DNA of 64,000 bases, taken from contig NC_043003.1 in the NCBI RefSeq assembly GCF_006345805.1, positions 52,948,001 through 53,012,000 on the forward strand. The letters are read 5' to 3'. Both the position numbers and the translations under genes were made by a program. The number at the start of each line of letters is the position of its first letter. The stretch's first letter is position 1. Source of the stretch: Octopus sinensis. Taxonomy: Eukaryota. Under the pieces are notes generated by a model. It saw only the letters and a program-made list of their open reading frames with translations, ran no database searches and had not been told where the DNA came from. Positions 13,286 through 26,073 of the stretch are shown one piece after another.

Positions 13286-13441
13286 CTATTTCTTTATTAC
13301 CCACAAGGGGCTAAACACAGAGGGGACAAACAAGGACAGGCATAGGTATTAAGTCGATTACATCGACCCCAGTGCGTAACTGGCACTTAATTTATCGACC
13401 CCGAAAGGATGAAAGGCAAAGTCGACCTCGGCGGAATTTAC
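13286..13441 (-). mobile_element. SINE family 1, tail A, 5'-truncated, with 17-bp TSD
   Basis: CTTCGGTCTGAAGATAC at 13269-13285 and 13442-13458. Confidence 0.9.
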
Positions 13442-13520
13442 CTTCGGTCTGAAGATACGCCATAAAGGTACCCTTTATGACGAGAAACTCAGGGTAACCC
13501 TATAAACCGACCTTCACTAG

Positions 13521-13561
<41 letters not shown>

Positions 13562-13570
13562 GTATGTATG

Positions 13571-13604
<34 letters not shown>

Positions 13605-13689
13605 TGTATGTATGTATGCATGTATGTATGTATGTATATATGTATGTATGTATGTATATATATAGATATATATATATATTATATATATA

Positions 13690-13774
13690 CTTTATTCAAA
13701 AGCAGCAGAAATTCAGCAAAACCTGTTACTCGGAGTAACAGGTTTTGTTGAACTTCTGCTACTTTTAAATAAAG
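13690..13774. repeat. Near-perfect palindrome: 42-bp arms, 1-nt spacer
   Basis: Arms 13690-13731 and 13733-13774 differ at 4 positions, all transitions. Confidence 0.95.
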
Positions 13775-13900
13775 CATATTACTCTACCCCTGGTATTTGA
13801 GCACTCTTTTTTTCCACCTTGTTTCACATTTATGCGTTTACTCCGGTATATATATATATTATATATATATATATATATTATATATATATATATTATATAA

Positions 13901-13936
<36 letters not shown>

Positions 13937-14390
13937 AGAACATTAATATAGACAGCAGTTTGCAATGTTTCACCAAAAAAGAAAACTATAATCGTCAGTG
14001 AATGTGACTAGGGTGTTAGAAACACCTACATTGTCAGAAATCCAAGCTAAAATGGTCTTATGAAAAAGCATAAGGTTTAGAGCATTCCAATTTGTTTTCT
14101 CCCAAACCAATGCTAATTGAGTCGTGGGTGGGGGGAAACGCATTTCTAGTGTTTGTTAAATAAATGTTCTTCTCAAGCCGTGTTACACCTGTGCTTATTG
14201 GTCAATTAGTACAAAGAGAAAGAAATGAGTCTAAATATTAATTTCAATGTCTCACTTCATCTGACAGTAGAGCTAATATCGGATTGCTTCGTTCAAAAGT
14301 AGATAAACATATAACTGACGTTACCGATATTTCGCTTTTTTAAGGAAAAGTGATTTGTTTGGGGTAAAGAAAGGCTCCGCTTATATATAT

Positions 14391-14421
<31 letters not shown>

Positions 14422-14630
14422 TATATAATATATATATATATATATACAAACATATATATATATATATATGTGTGTGTGCGTGTGTGTGTATGTGTGTGTA
14501 TACATATGTATATATATATGTACACACACACGCATATACATATAGTGAGAATTTACAAAAAACAAAAGACGAAGACGAGTGTGTAAACAACAAACAGATG
14601 TATTAGTTTAACGCTCGGGAAGTGAGAAAG

Positions 14631-14669
14631 TCTTTTACGTTTCGAACCTACGCTCTTCGACAGAAAAAA
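14631..14669 (-). ncRNA. Hammerhead-like motif in a different short repeat (14545-14670)
   Basis: TTTTTT CTGTCGA A GAGC GTAG GTTC GAA ACGT A AAAGA: same architecture with an A6U core variant and unrelated flanks. Confidence 0.5.
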
Positions 14670-15107
14670 CATATATATATATATATATATCCCACAGTTC
14701 GCATTGGGGCGACAAATGCCTTGTGAATGAATTTCGTAGACGGAAACTGCCCGTCGTATGTGTGTGTGCTTGTGCCTGTCTTCTCTGAGCTCGGCAAGCG
14801 ATGCTTGTTTGCTTATGCGTAACTTAGCAGTTCAGCAAAAGTGATCGATAAAATAAGTACTAGTCTCAAAAAGTAATAAGTACAGGAGCTGATTTGTTCA
14901 GACAAACTGTTCAAGGCATTGCCCCAGCACGGCCGCAGTCCAATGACTGAAACAAAATAAAGCAAAAATAAATAATAACCACCATTTCTATCATGGGTAG
15001 AAGACCGTCTATTTTATCGACGCTCCGAACTTGGTTGGCCCGGAACTATAGTAGGAGACACTTTGCCAAGGGCCCGAAACTACGTGGCTGCAAAGCGAAC
15101 TTCTTAC

Positions 15108-15335
15108 CTATTTCTTTATTACCCACAAGGGGCTAAACACAGAGGGGACAAACAAGGACAGACAAACGGATTAAGACGATTATATTGACCCCAGTGTGTA
15201 ACTGGTACTTATTTAATCGACCCCGAAAGGATGAAAGGCAAAGTCGACCTCGGCGGAATTTGAACTCAGAACGTAGCGGCAGACAAAGTACCGCTTAGCA
15301 TTTCGCCCGGCGTGCTAACGCTTCTGTCAGACTGC
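15108..15335 (-). mobile_element. SINE family 1, tail A, inserted in the head of a family-2 SINE remnant
   Basis: Full core and tail. The flank at 15040-15107 is family-2 head sequence. Confidence 0.8.
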
Positions 15336-15664
15336 TATGCCATATACATGGTCTTATTGTTTGGGTGCCCCAATCATAATTGCTAGATCGTGGTTTCGAA
15401 TTCCAGACTGGACTCTACGTTGTGTACTTGTGCAAAACACTTCGTTTCACGTTGCTCGGCGGTCATTTAGACATCTGACGTGTGGCACACTTGTGTACCT
15501 GTACAGGCAACGTCGATTTGAAGTAGAGAATGGGTCTATGTGAACGCAAATATTTGATCACTATAAAACAAAAAGAACCATCTGTGTAGTTGCTGTTCGT
15601 ATTGTTCGACAGGAAAGTCCACGGTGTGTGTATATGTATGTATGTATGTATGTAAGTGAGTATG

Positions 15665-15698
<34 letters not shown>

Positions 15699-15792
15699 TG
15701 TATGTATGTACGTATGTACGTATGTACGTATGCATGTATATGTAGTATATGTATGTATGTGTAATAAATATCTATTTATAAACATAAAATAG

Positions 15793-15920
15793 ATGATGAT
15801 GATAATGATGATGATGATAATGATGATGACGACGACAACGACGACGATGATGGTGGTGGTGGTGATGATGATGATGAGGAGGAGGAGGAGGAGCAGGAGC
15901 AGGAGGAGGAGGAGGATGGG
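15793..15920. repeat. Trinucleotide ladder (GAT)(GAC)(GGT)(GAT)(GAG)
   Basis: Successive motifs mostly differ by a single substitution. Confidence 0.9.
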
Positions 15921-16404
15921 GATACACTCTCTCGCCGAGAATGACATATGAACGTCCAGCTGTTCAATCAACTGAACAACTTACTCATTGAATATACGTG
16001 TAAGTGGACGAGTATTCCACAGGCACGTGCACCCTTAACTGAATAGTAAAATAGAATCAGTGTCACAAGGCTTTGAATTACAAGTACAGTCTCTCCATCT
16101 ATCCAACGTCGCTCACAAGACTTGGACTGACTCGCGGCTATGGTTAAAAAAAGAAAAAAAAATGCCATGAATTGGGATAGAACTTTGACTCTATAGATTG
16201 TGAAGCGAAATTTTTAACCACTTGGTTATGCTTCCATACATCTGTGTGTTTTGTGTGGTGGTGGTGGTGGTATGGTGTGGTGTGTGTGTGTATGTGTGTG
16301 AGTGAGTGTGTATTGTGTGCATATATATATATGTATGTATGTGTATATATATATGTGTATATATATTGTATGTATATATATATATATATAATATATATAT
16401 ATAC

Positions 16405-16620
16405 ATGTGATCTCTTGAGCACCACCAGCTCAAATATTTTTTCCTCTGTCTTCCCTTCTTGGGATCTTTCCTTCTCCTTGTTTCCGACGAAGAGCTCCGC
16501 TCGAAACGTTAAACCCTCCTTCCCTTCTTTCCTGGGCGTCAATAATACTTTAATTGTTCCACGTCCTGCGTTGCTGTGTTTTTTTCTTTTTTTTTCTGTG
16601 TTTTCTTGTTTGGATTAACT
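16405..16620 (+). mobile_element. About 215-bp (TA)n-embedded non-autonomous repeat carrying a hammerhead-like motif
   Basis: Alignable end to end with 46706-46915 (-). Both end GTTTGGATTAAC-(TA)n and have (TA)n on both sides. Confidence 0.75.
16480..16514 (+). ncRNA. Minimal type-I hammerhead ribozyme-like motif
   Basis: GTTT CCGACGA A GAGC TCC GCTC GAA ACGT T AAAC: helix I 4 bp, core with U4C, one extra A, helix II 4 bp, palindromic helix III ACGT. Activity is untested. Confidence 0.55.
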
Positions 16621-16647
16621 TTATATATATATATATATACACGCATA

Positions 16648-17930
16648 TAGGGTGCGATGGGTAAATTGTCGCCATTTTATATTTTTAATTTCGTGCATGC
16701 ATGCACATTGTTTGTTTTTTAATTTGTCGACTACACAGTATAGTAGGGTCAGTTGGGCACCGTCAGTGAGAAAAACAGCACCATGACGTAATTCGCTCTG
16801 CCAGAAATTTGTAAACGACATGCTGTACTGCTTGGCATTCGCGCTGGAAGCTCCAATACGAACATTTTAGAGTGTTTGGGTGTCTATCTGAGGATAGTGC
16901 AGAGGATTCGGAAAGAGTTGGATGAGTCTAACGGTGATTACGAAAGTACGACAGCTCGGAAAACTCACTCCGATCGTTCTGATAAGAAAATAACTCCTGA
17001 ATTTGTTGGTGTGATCCAGGCTATGATTGACAACGGTTCCCCAAGTTAATCAGGCCCATCGCCAGGGACATGGGAGTGTCTGAGTTTCTTATCAGTTCGG
17101 TATTTCTCATAGAAGCTGAGAAAGGGTCAAATTTTATCCCAAGCCATTAAGAACAAGAAGAAAGGTCGCGCTACGAAGCTTAAACTCAAGTATCCCCTCC
17201 AACTGAACATACTTTGGTTTTTCTCAGACGAGAAAAAATTCTGCCAGGATCAAATGGTGAACACACACAACAACCGTTGACTTTCCGTGTCCTTAAAACA
17301 TGTACCGAGAGTGATAAAAAATCAAACACCCAGGCAACATCATGGTGTTTGGAGTGATCACTAGTGATGGTGACGTTATGGCTCCATATATCTTCCCACA
17401 CGGCCTCAGACTCAACACGGAGGCCTATATGAAGTGCTTGGAAGAGGTAGTGCTGCCCTGGGTCAAGAGAGTGGCTGCTGAAAGAGCCTATGTCTGGTAA
17501 CAAGACCCTGCACCATGCCACACAAGCAGGAAAACCCAGACATGTCTGCCAGACAATTTCTGCGACCACATCACGCCTAACATCTGGCCACCTAAATCTC
17601 CAGATTGCAAACACCTTGATTATTATGTGTGGGTTGCAGCTGAGCAAGAGACCAACAAAACTCCTTATAACACCAAAGATGAACTGAAGGCAAGGATTAT
17701 GTCAGCATTGACCAACTTAAACAAGGAAACCGTCCTGAAGAGTTTCAGGAGATTGCGAAGTCGTCTGGAGGCCGCTGTTGAAACCAATGGCGATTTTAGA
17801 GAATAAATTTAACTCTTTAGTATTTCAAGATATTTTTATGTAATTTTGGTAAATATATCTGCTAAAATGAGATGTCAGTGTTATTTTCATTTTTGCATCA
17901 TTTATACGACAATTCATTCACCGCACCCTC
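16648..17930 (+). mobile_element. Tc1/mariner DD37D (maT-type) transposon, full-length fossil
   Basis: 24-bp TIRs (19/24 identical) with TA on both sides, 1283 bp. Transposase remnant from ATG 16783 to TAA 17806 with FSDEKKF, W*QDPAPCH and WPPKSPDCKHLDYYVW. I count 37 residues between D2 and D3. Confidence 0.88.
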
Positions 17931-18288
17931 TACAGTACTGTAGTGAATGTGCATAAGTTTGTGACGGAGGCAACCCAACGCTCTCTCGCTCTCTCTTCCT
18001 CCCTGTCTCCTCCAGTCTCTCCCTCTCTCTTTGTGTTGTATGTATGTATGCATGCATGTATATGCATGTTTGCATGTGTGTATGTATGTATATTTACATA
18101 AGTACACCGAGAGAAGGAGAGGAGAGAGAGAGAGAGAGAGAGAGTCAAGACAGACGAACAAAAATAGAGGATGAAAGAGAAGGATGCAAAAAATAGGTTT
18201 GTAGGTTTGCTTGAGAGCAATAAATCGCTTCGTATTGTTTTAAAACGGAAGGACACATTGGATAATATAGTCCGACATAAATCACATG

Positions 18289-18319
<31 letters not shown>

Positions 18320-19459
18320 GGGGGCGGGTTGCTAAAATGTTTTTGGTTTTAAGGGAATCGCGAAAGGCGTGGTTGGAACCCAAGCGTCCGGGTTCTTTTA
18401 CAGGGCGTAGAAAAACTGAAGGACCGCTGCAATAAGCGTGTGAATCCGAGAGGTGAATATGTTGAGCAAAATCTTAATTAACTGATCTTCCTTTATTTTT
18501 CTTTTAATCAAAGCCAGAAGCTTTTCAGCACCCCTTCGTACGCGTGTGTATGTGTGTTTGTGTGTGTTTGTGTGCGTGTGTGTGTGTAAAAGATGAGAGT
18601 TCTCCGCTTGAATGCATTGGATTATGGGTTTGGTCAATCAAGATTTACCTAGTTCAGTAAATTGGTAGACAGTGAGCCAACAAGGGATCCTCTACGTGAC
18701 TGTTGGATTGGCTAGAAATAGCATCCGAATATCCTCAAATGCTCTCACAAGTATTTTAAAACGTATTGAATCAAAACTGGATTTCATGAGCTTAAATGAT
18801 AAAAAAAGTTAGAAGAAGCCAACGAGGGAGCCACGATGTAGTCATTCAATTTGCTGTAAATAGCAGCTAAATCTGCTTCAAATTACATGCGTCTTAAGGG
18901 AAAAATAGAACCCTGTAATGAAGGCCTATAATACAGTACTGAATTTCTCGGACATAAAGCTTAAAAAATATATATGGTTGCAGCTGGAATGCCCGACCAG
19001 GTTTGATCTGTAACATACTTAGAAGAGGAAAGAACAAGAAAGAAAAACTATTTTAAATAGCTCTTTAAATAAATGTACTTTGTCGGTTACGATGACGAAG
19101 GTTCCAGTTGATCCGATCAACAGAACAGCCAGCTCGTGAAATTAACGTGCAAATGGCTGAGCACTCCACAAACATGCGTGCCCTTAATGTAGTTCTCAAG
19201 GAAATTCAGTGTGATTGAGGATAAGACATGGTCGGTCCTTTGAAATATAGGTACAACTTATTTTGTCAGCTGAGTGAACTGAAGCAACAGGAAATAAAGT
19301 GCCAAGCTCGAAGACATTTTGCATCACCGGGTATCGAACCCGCGACATTACAATCATAAGCCAATTACCCTAACCACTAAGCCACGTACCTTCACCGAAT
19401 AAAGAGGCAAAACGAATATAAATAACATTAAAGTTTAGCATATATAAATATTGTATAAA

Positions 19460-19920
<461 letters not shown>

Positions 19921-19957
19921 TATAATAAAGATGATTTATAATTATTACTTAGTAATT

Positions 19958-20600
19958 AAAGGCGGAGAGCTAGCAGAATCGTTAGCACGCCGGGCGAATG
20001 CTTAGCGTTATTTTGTCTGCCGCTACGTTCTGAATTCAAATTCCGCCGAGGTCGACTTTGCCTTTCATCCTTTCGAAGTCGATTAAATAAGTACCAGTTT
20101 ACGCACTGGAGTCGATGTAATTGACTTAAACTCCTTCCCCAAGCTACCCATGTGGCAAAAATTTGAAATCATTACTTAGTAATTAAAGGCGGCGAGCTGG
20201 CAGAAACGTTAGCACGCCGGGCGAAATACTTAGCAGTATTTCGTTTGTTACTACGTTCTGAGTTCAAATTCCGCCGAGGTCGACTTTGCCTTTCAGCCTT
20301 TCAGGGTCGATTAAATAAGTACCAGTTACGCACTGGGGACATTATAATCGACTTAATCCGTTGTCTGTCCTTGTTTGTCCCCCCTCTGTGTAGCCCCTTG
20401 TGAGCAGTAAAGGAATTAGAATCGTTAACACACGCCAGGCAAAAAGGCTTGGCAGTATTTCGTTCGTCTTTACATTCTGAGTTCAAATTCCGCCGAGGAC
20501 GACTTTGCCTCTCATTCTTTCGTGATCGATAAAATAAGTACCAGCTGAGTGCTGGGGTTGTTCTAATCAACTAGCCCGCTCCCCTCAAATTTCAAATAGA
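19958..20600 (+). mobile_element. Three adjacent SINE family 1 copies with three different tails
   Basis: Heads at about 19958, 20186 and 20418 share the same core, then diverge after ..GATGTAATCGACT. Confidence 0.85.
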
Positions 20601-22547
20601 AATGATTATTTAGTAATTTGCAAATAAATTGAATAAATTCGTCATAATCTAGGTAAGGACAACGAGATTTCAATAGAGTCTTTCAGCGAACCAGTTTCAG
20701 TTAACGATTATAATCGTTGGTAAATCCGCCATAATGTTCAACTATTATTCAGTGATTTATCAACTACAATTAAATAATTAACAAACAATCTAACTTAGAT
20801 GGGCAGACATGAGCGAGGTGATAGAAATTTTGAAATGTTGACAGAATAAACACGTCCGGAAACACGCGGGTATGCACGTGTGCACACAGGCACACCTACG
20901 CACACATCGATAAGTATGCATGTGCGCGGCGTGTCACATATATTTACAGATATATATATATATATGTATATGTATGTATGTAGATATATGAATATATATA
21001 TATATAAGCGTAAAGTTTTACACAACATGCAGCTATATATGAGGGCAAGGTGTTCGTGTATACATTCATACATACACACACACATACATACAGATAACTC
21101 TTTTCCACTATTTAAACTACAACTTAATCTGTATTTCATGCAGCTATTCCTGAAACAAAAACAGATATAAGATATCGTCAAATTTAGCCCGAACACCCTG
21201 TACACGCGTACGCGCGCGCACACGCACACGCACACACACACACATTCTCTCTCACTCACTCACAGAAAGAGAGAAAAAAGCGACGAAGAACAGTGGGACA
21301 AGTAGAGTTAGCCAGTTACTAAGAAACTTACATATATACATGCTTACATGCATATATGCATGCATGCATGCATGTATGCATACATATGCATTGATCTCTT
21401 CTCTAATTTCAAAGTTGACAAGAAGAATGGTATTGAAGAGATGAAAGAGAAATATTGATTCCCAGCTATGAATGAATGTTCACCTGTGTTTTGTTTTGTG
21501 GTGTTGTCTGGTGTGGGTATGGTGTGTATTTGTATGTGTGTGTGTGTGTGTGAGTGTGTGTGTGTGTGTTTGCGTATATGTGTGTGGTGTGTGTGTGTAC
21601 GTGCGCGTGTGTGTATGTTTCGTAGAATAAATACGATAAATATATTTTTTTCTTAAATATTTTTTAATCGAAAGTTACAGAAGTGACCGACAGTTGAATT
21701 TCACGGGAGACACGTGTGCGTGTGTGTATGTGTGTGTGTGTGTGTACGTGCGCACGCGCATGTGTTTGTGTGAGAGAGAGTGTGTGCTTATATGTACACA
21801 TTTATGTGCATGTTCATCTCGATAAAAATAGGGTGTAAGGGCAACAGATTTACCTGTGCATCCCTATGTATCCCTAAGTTTTGTTTGGCTAGGGTTAGAG
21901 TTAGAGTTAGGGTTAATCTCAATATCGAGTATGCTTCTATGTGATTCCTCAAACTATCATAAATAGCTACCAAATCTGTCTCAAATTACAAACTGCTGAG
22001 TTAAAGAAAAAAGAATACAGAATACATTATGTAGTTATAAATATCCTGGTACTCTGTCGCTTACGACGACGTGGGTTCCAGTTGCTCGTGAGATTAACGT
22101 ACAATTGGCTGAGCCCTCCACAGACATCGCGTACCCACTTCACATACTTCTCAGGGATATTCAGCGTGACACAGAGTGTGACAAGGCTCCTTGAAATACA
22201 GGTGCTACTCATTTTTGCCAGTTGAGTAGATTGGAGCAACGTGAAATAAAATGTCTTGCTCAAAGACACAACACACCGTCGGGAATCGAACTGGTGACCG
22301 TACGATCGCAAGTCGAATACCATAACCACTTAGCCACGCGCCTTCACAGTCATAAATATACTATGCTTGAAAAGCATGTTTGGAACATCATTAACAGCAG
22401 ATCGGCTCATGAATTTAAACAACAAAAAAGCAGCATTAAAAATAACTAGTTTTTTTTTGTCAAATGAATTAGTTTTCAACGAGTTTTAAACAGTAATTTC
22501 AGGAGAAGAGGTTAGTTAATTTCATCAACTCCAGTACCTTGCTTGTA

Positions 22548-23127
22548 TTGGGTTGTCCGGAATGTTCGTACTGATTTTTAAAATAAAGAAAAAGGTCAAT
22601 AAATACTTGCCATTACATTTTTAATCAACCATTTTTAATCGACCAAATATGAACCATTTTGTTGCACAATGCGTCTCCATCTTTCCTTTAACTTGAAAAT
22701 ACCCTCTTCTCAGAATTGAGGTGGTTTCATGGCAAAGAATTCATCAAGGTATCTTTTTACATCACCCAAAGAATTGAAATTTTTACCATTAAGACTATTC
22801 TGCAGAGACCTGAATAAGTAGAAATTCGAAGGAGCAATATCTGATGAATATGGATGGTAGGGTAACACATTCCAGCCGAGCTGCAGCAATTTTTGTCTGG
22901 TTCCCAAAGCATCAAGTGCCGAAAATAAACTTTCTTACCTTCCATTTTAAAGGGTTACAGAATTAACACAGGTTATAGGAACATAAACATCCTTCTACGA
23001 AAAGATAGCTTCAACTGTGCTCTAAATGGAGGTGTAGTCAAATCCTATTTTATGGACTCAACCATGTTCTAAAATAAGTCGAAAGGTAAGCTACTATAAA
23101 TCGGCACGAACTTTCCGGACAACCCAA
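22548..23127 (-). mobile_element. Internally deleted mariner (580 bp, non-autonomous)
   Basis: TIRs TTGGGTTGTCCGGAA.GTTCGT.C.GATTT with TA on both sides. The transposase N-terminus MEGKKVYFRHLMLW is joined directly to C-terminal GTRQKLLQLGWNVLPYHPYSSDIAPSNFYLFRSLQN. Confidence 0.9.
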
Positions 23128-23439
23128 TACTTTAAATGCCCGGAAGCATTTTGTCATACGCTCTAAGAATTCTGCCAGCGCGTCGCCTTATAAATTTCAA
23201 ATAATAAACCTCATTTTTTTTCATATCCTGTATTTCTCTTTCCAGCCTTTGTTTTCATAGTTCTAGTTTCCTAAAATTTTGTCCTAAATCTCGCTATATT
23301 TTTTATGTATCGTATAAATATTCCGCACCTTCTCTTACATAAGCCACAAGTAATATATGGTACTGCTGTCTTCTTCTTCTTCTTGTCAGGACTCACATCA
23401 TTAGCCACAAAGAATAATCTCTAATTCGTGCCTACTCTA

Positions 23440-23860
23440 AGCTACTAAGAATGCATGTGGCAACTTGAAGAACCACCCACCACACGCGACAGACTGGCGG
23501 TTGCACGGGTGCGAAAGCTACGTTGTTATACTCATTCCGTAAACGGTGGCTTTTAACGGGTGTAGAGCTGAACTATCCTGGGGTACAGAGGATCCGCAAT
23601 CTAGACTAGGTTCTGAAAGTTTACCACATCATAGTGGGATACACCATGGTTCCTCTGCTTTGTGGCAGAAGTAGGAAGAAAGAGTGAGAGAAAGTTGTGG
23701 TGAAAGAGTGCAGCGGGGTTCACCCCCTCCTCACCGCCGGAACTTCGTGGAGCTTAGGTGTTTTTGCTCAATAAACATTCACAATCCCCAGTCTGGGAAG
23801 TGAATCCTCCTTCTTAGGACCGCGAGTCCGCTGTCCTAACCAATGGGCCATTGCGCCTCC
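23440..23860 (-). mobile_element. tRNA-derived SINE family 4
   Basis: Minus-strand head GGAGGCGCAATGGCCCATTGGTTAGGACAGCGGACTCGCGGTCC, whose near-identical counterpart sits at 46135-46210. Confidence 0.7.
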
Positions 23861-24409
23861 ACTGGTACTACTGCTGCGCATTTCTTTTTCCCTTATTGCA
23901 TGCAATATTTTTTTCTATCTTGAATGATGTATCTGATGTCGATTAGATAAAACCAAAAACACAATTTTCAAGCTCAAATATTTTGTAGAAGAAATGATTC
24001 CATGTAACATCCAAATCTGAAGAGCAAGAAATATCAAAAGCAATATGAAATATATTAGTGTGAACGTGGAAAACCTATGTTCTATAGTCTTTTATTCTTT
24101 TATTCTTCTATTCTTTCACTGGTTTCAGTCATTTGACTGTGGCCATGCTGGAGCACCGCCTTTAGTCGAACAAATCGATCCCAGGGACTTATTCTTTGTA
24201 AGCCAAGTACGTATTCTATCAGCCACTTTTGCAGAACCGCTAAGTTACGGGGACCTAAACACACCAACATCGGTTGTGAAGCGATGGTGGGAGAACAAAT
24301 ACAGACACACAAACATAGACATACATTTTCATATGGCCTACTACTGGGTCTTAATCCTCTGAGTTCTACTAAAATTTTTGATTTGGTCCACTTCTGAGTC
24401 TTTATGTTC

Positions 24410-24780
24410 TGTGTTCAAATGTCATCGGGGTCGAATATGTCTTTCATTCTTTTGGAATCAATAAAATAAATACCGGTTGAGTAATGGGGTCGATGTAATC
24501 TACTTAGCCCTCATCCGAAATTGCTGGAATTGTGTCAGAATTTGAAATCAATATTAATGAAAATTAAGGCGGCGAACTGGCAGAATCGTTACCGCGCCGG
24601 ACAAGATGCTTAGCGGTACTTCGTTCGTCTCTACGTTCTGAGTTCACATTCCGCCAAGGACGACTTTGCCTTTCATCCTTTCGGGGTCGATGAAATAAGT
24701 ACCAGTTGAGTACTTGAGTCGAAGTAATTAACTTAGGCTCTCCCTGAAACTGCTGGCCACGTGCCAAAATTTGAAATCAA
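24410..24780 (+). mobile_element. Two SINE family 1 copies, tail type C
   Basis: A truncated copy at 24410-24550 and a full copy at 24565-24780, both ending in ..AATTTGAAATCAA. Confidence 0.8.
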
Positions 24781-25435
24781 AATCAGCGAAAATTTACAGT
24801 AACAACATACAGAATAGAATGTGTCTCTCTATTTCAACTGTATTGATCCAACTGTATTGTCTTTTGTCCAAAGCCAGAAACTTTTCGGCATCCCCACGTA
24901 TATTAAAATATTAGCTCTTAGCTTATAATGATTTATTGATAATATTTCGAGCTTAATATATCTATTTCAACATTGATCAAAAGCGAAATCTTGCTACGTT
25001 TGACATTAGTAGAACGGATGTTTGCATGCTGTGGGGGAGAAAAGGGCAGAGAGTGAATCTTTGACTGCGAGAGAAAAACGTTGTGTTCTTCCTTGAAGTA
25101 CAACCTGAAATATCATTTTCTACTTCCCGTCGCAGTGTATGTATGACTTTACTCTCAACTCACAATCATCAGTAAGTTTCTTTTATCAACACAAACTCAC
25201 TGTTTCATACATCTCCACTCACCCACATCATCAATCAATCAATGCATCCATGCACACACACACACACACATACACATACATACAACGGGCTTCTTTTAGT
25301 TTTCGTCTACTAAAATACACTCACAAGGGGTTGATCGGCCCGAGTTTATTGTAGAAGACACTTGCCTAAGGTACCAGGCGGTGGGACTGAGCCCGGAACC
25401 ATGTGGTTGAGAAGCAAACTTCATACCACTCAGCT

Positions 25436-25496
<61 letters not shown>

Positions 25497-26041
25497 GCAT
25501 ATATGTATGTATGCATATATACCTGTATGTATGTTTATATATATGTATATATATATGTATGTGTGTATGTATGTATGTATGTATGTATGTATGTATGTAT
25601 AAATTTACATAATAAGGGTAAAAATTGATATTAATTAAATTAATATCAATTAAAACTAGTGGCCTAGCATATTGACAAAATCTGAAGATTCAGAAAATTA
25701 TATTACACACATATAAGAGGATTGACCACTAGGTGGATTCCGGCTTCGGTGCGCCAGAACGAAAACATTTGAAATATAACCCCAAATATATTTGATAGAA
25801 CTGTATGCATGTTCTCTCTCGAAAGGAGGTCTCGAATTATATTTTCCATGACGGTCACACTGAGGATTTGCAGACATTTACGTAATGTAAATGGTAACAA
25901 TGAAACCTAGGTATGTGACTAATCACTATATTTTGTATCTTTCCATTTGTCTTGCTCGCTTTACGTTCTGGTGCTTGCCAAATTTTCTTGAGAACAATTT
26001 TTCTTAGTGGTCAGACTATATGGGGTATATATAATATATAT

Positions 26042-26073
<32 letters not shown>

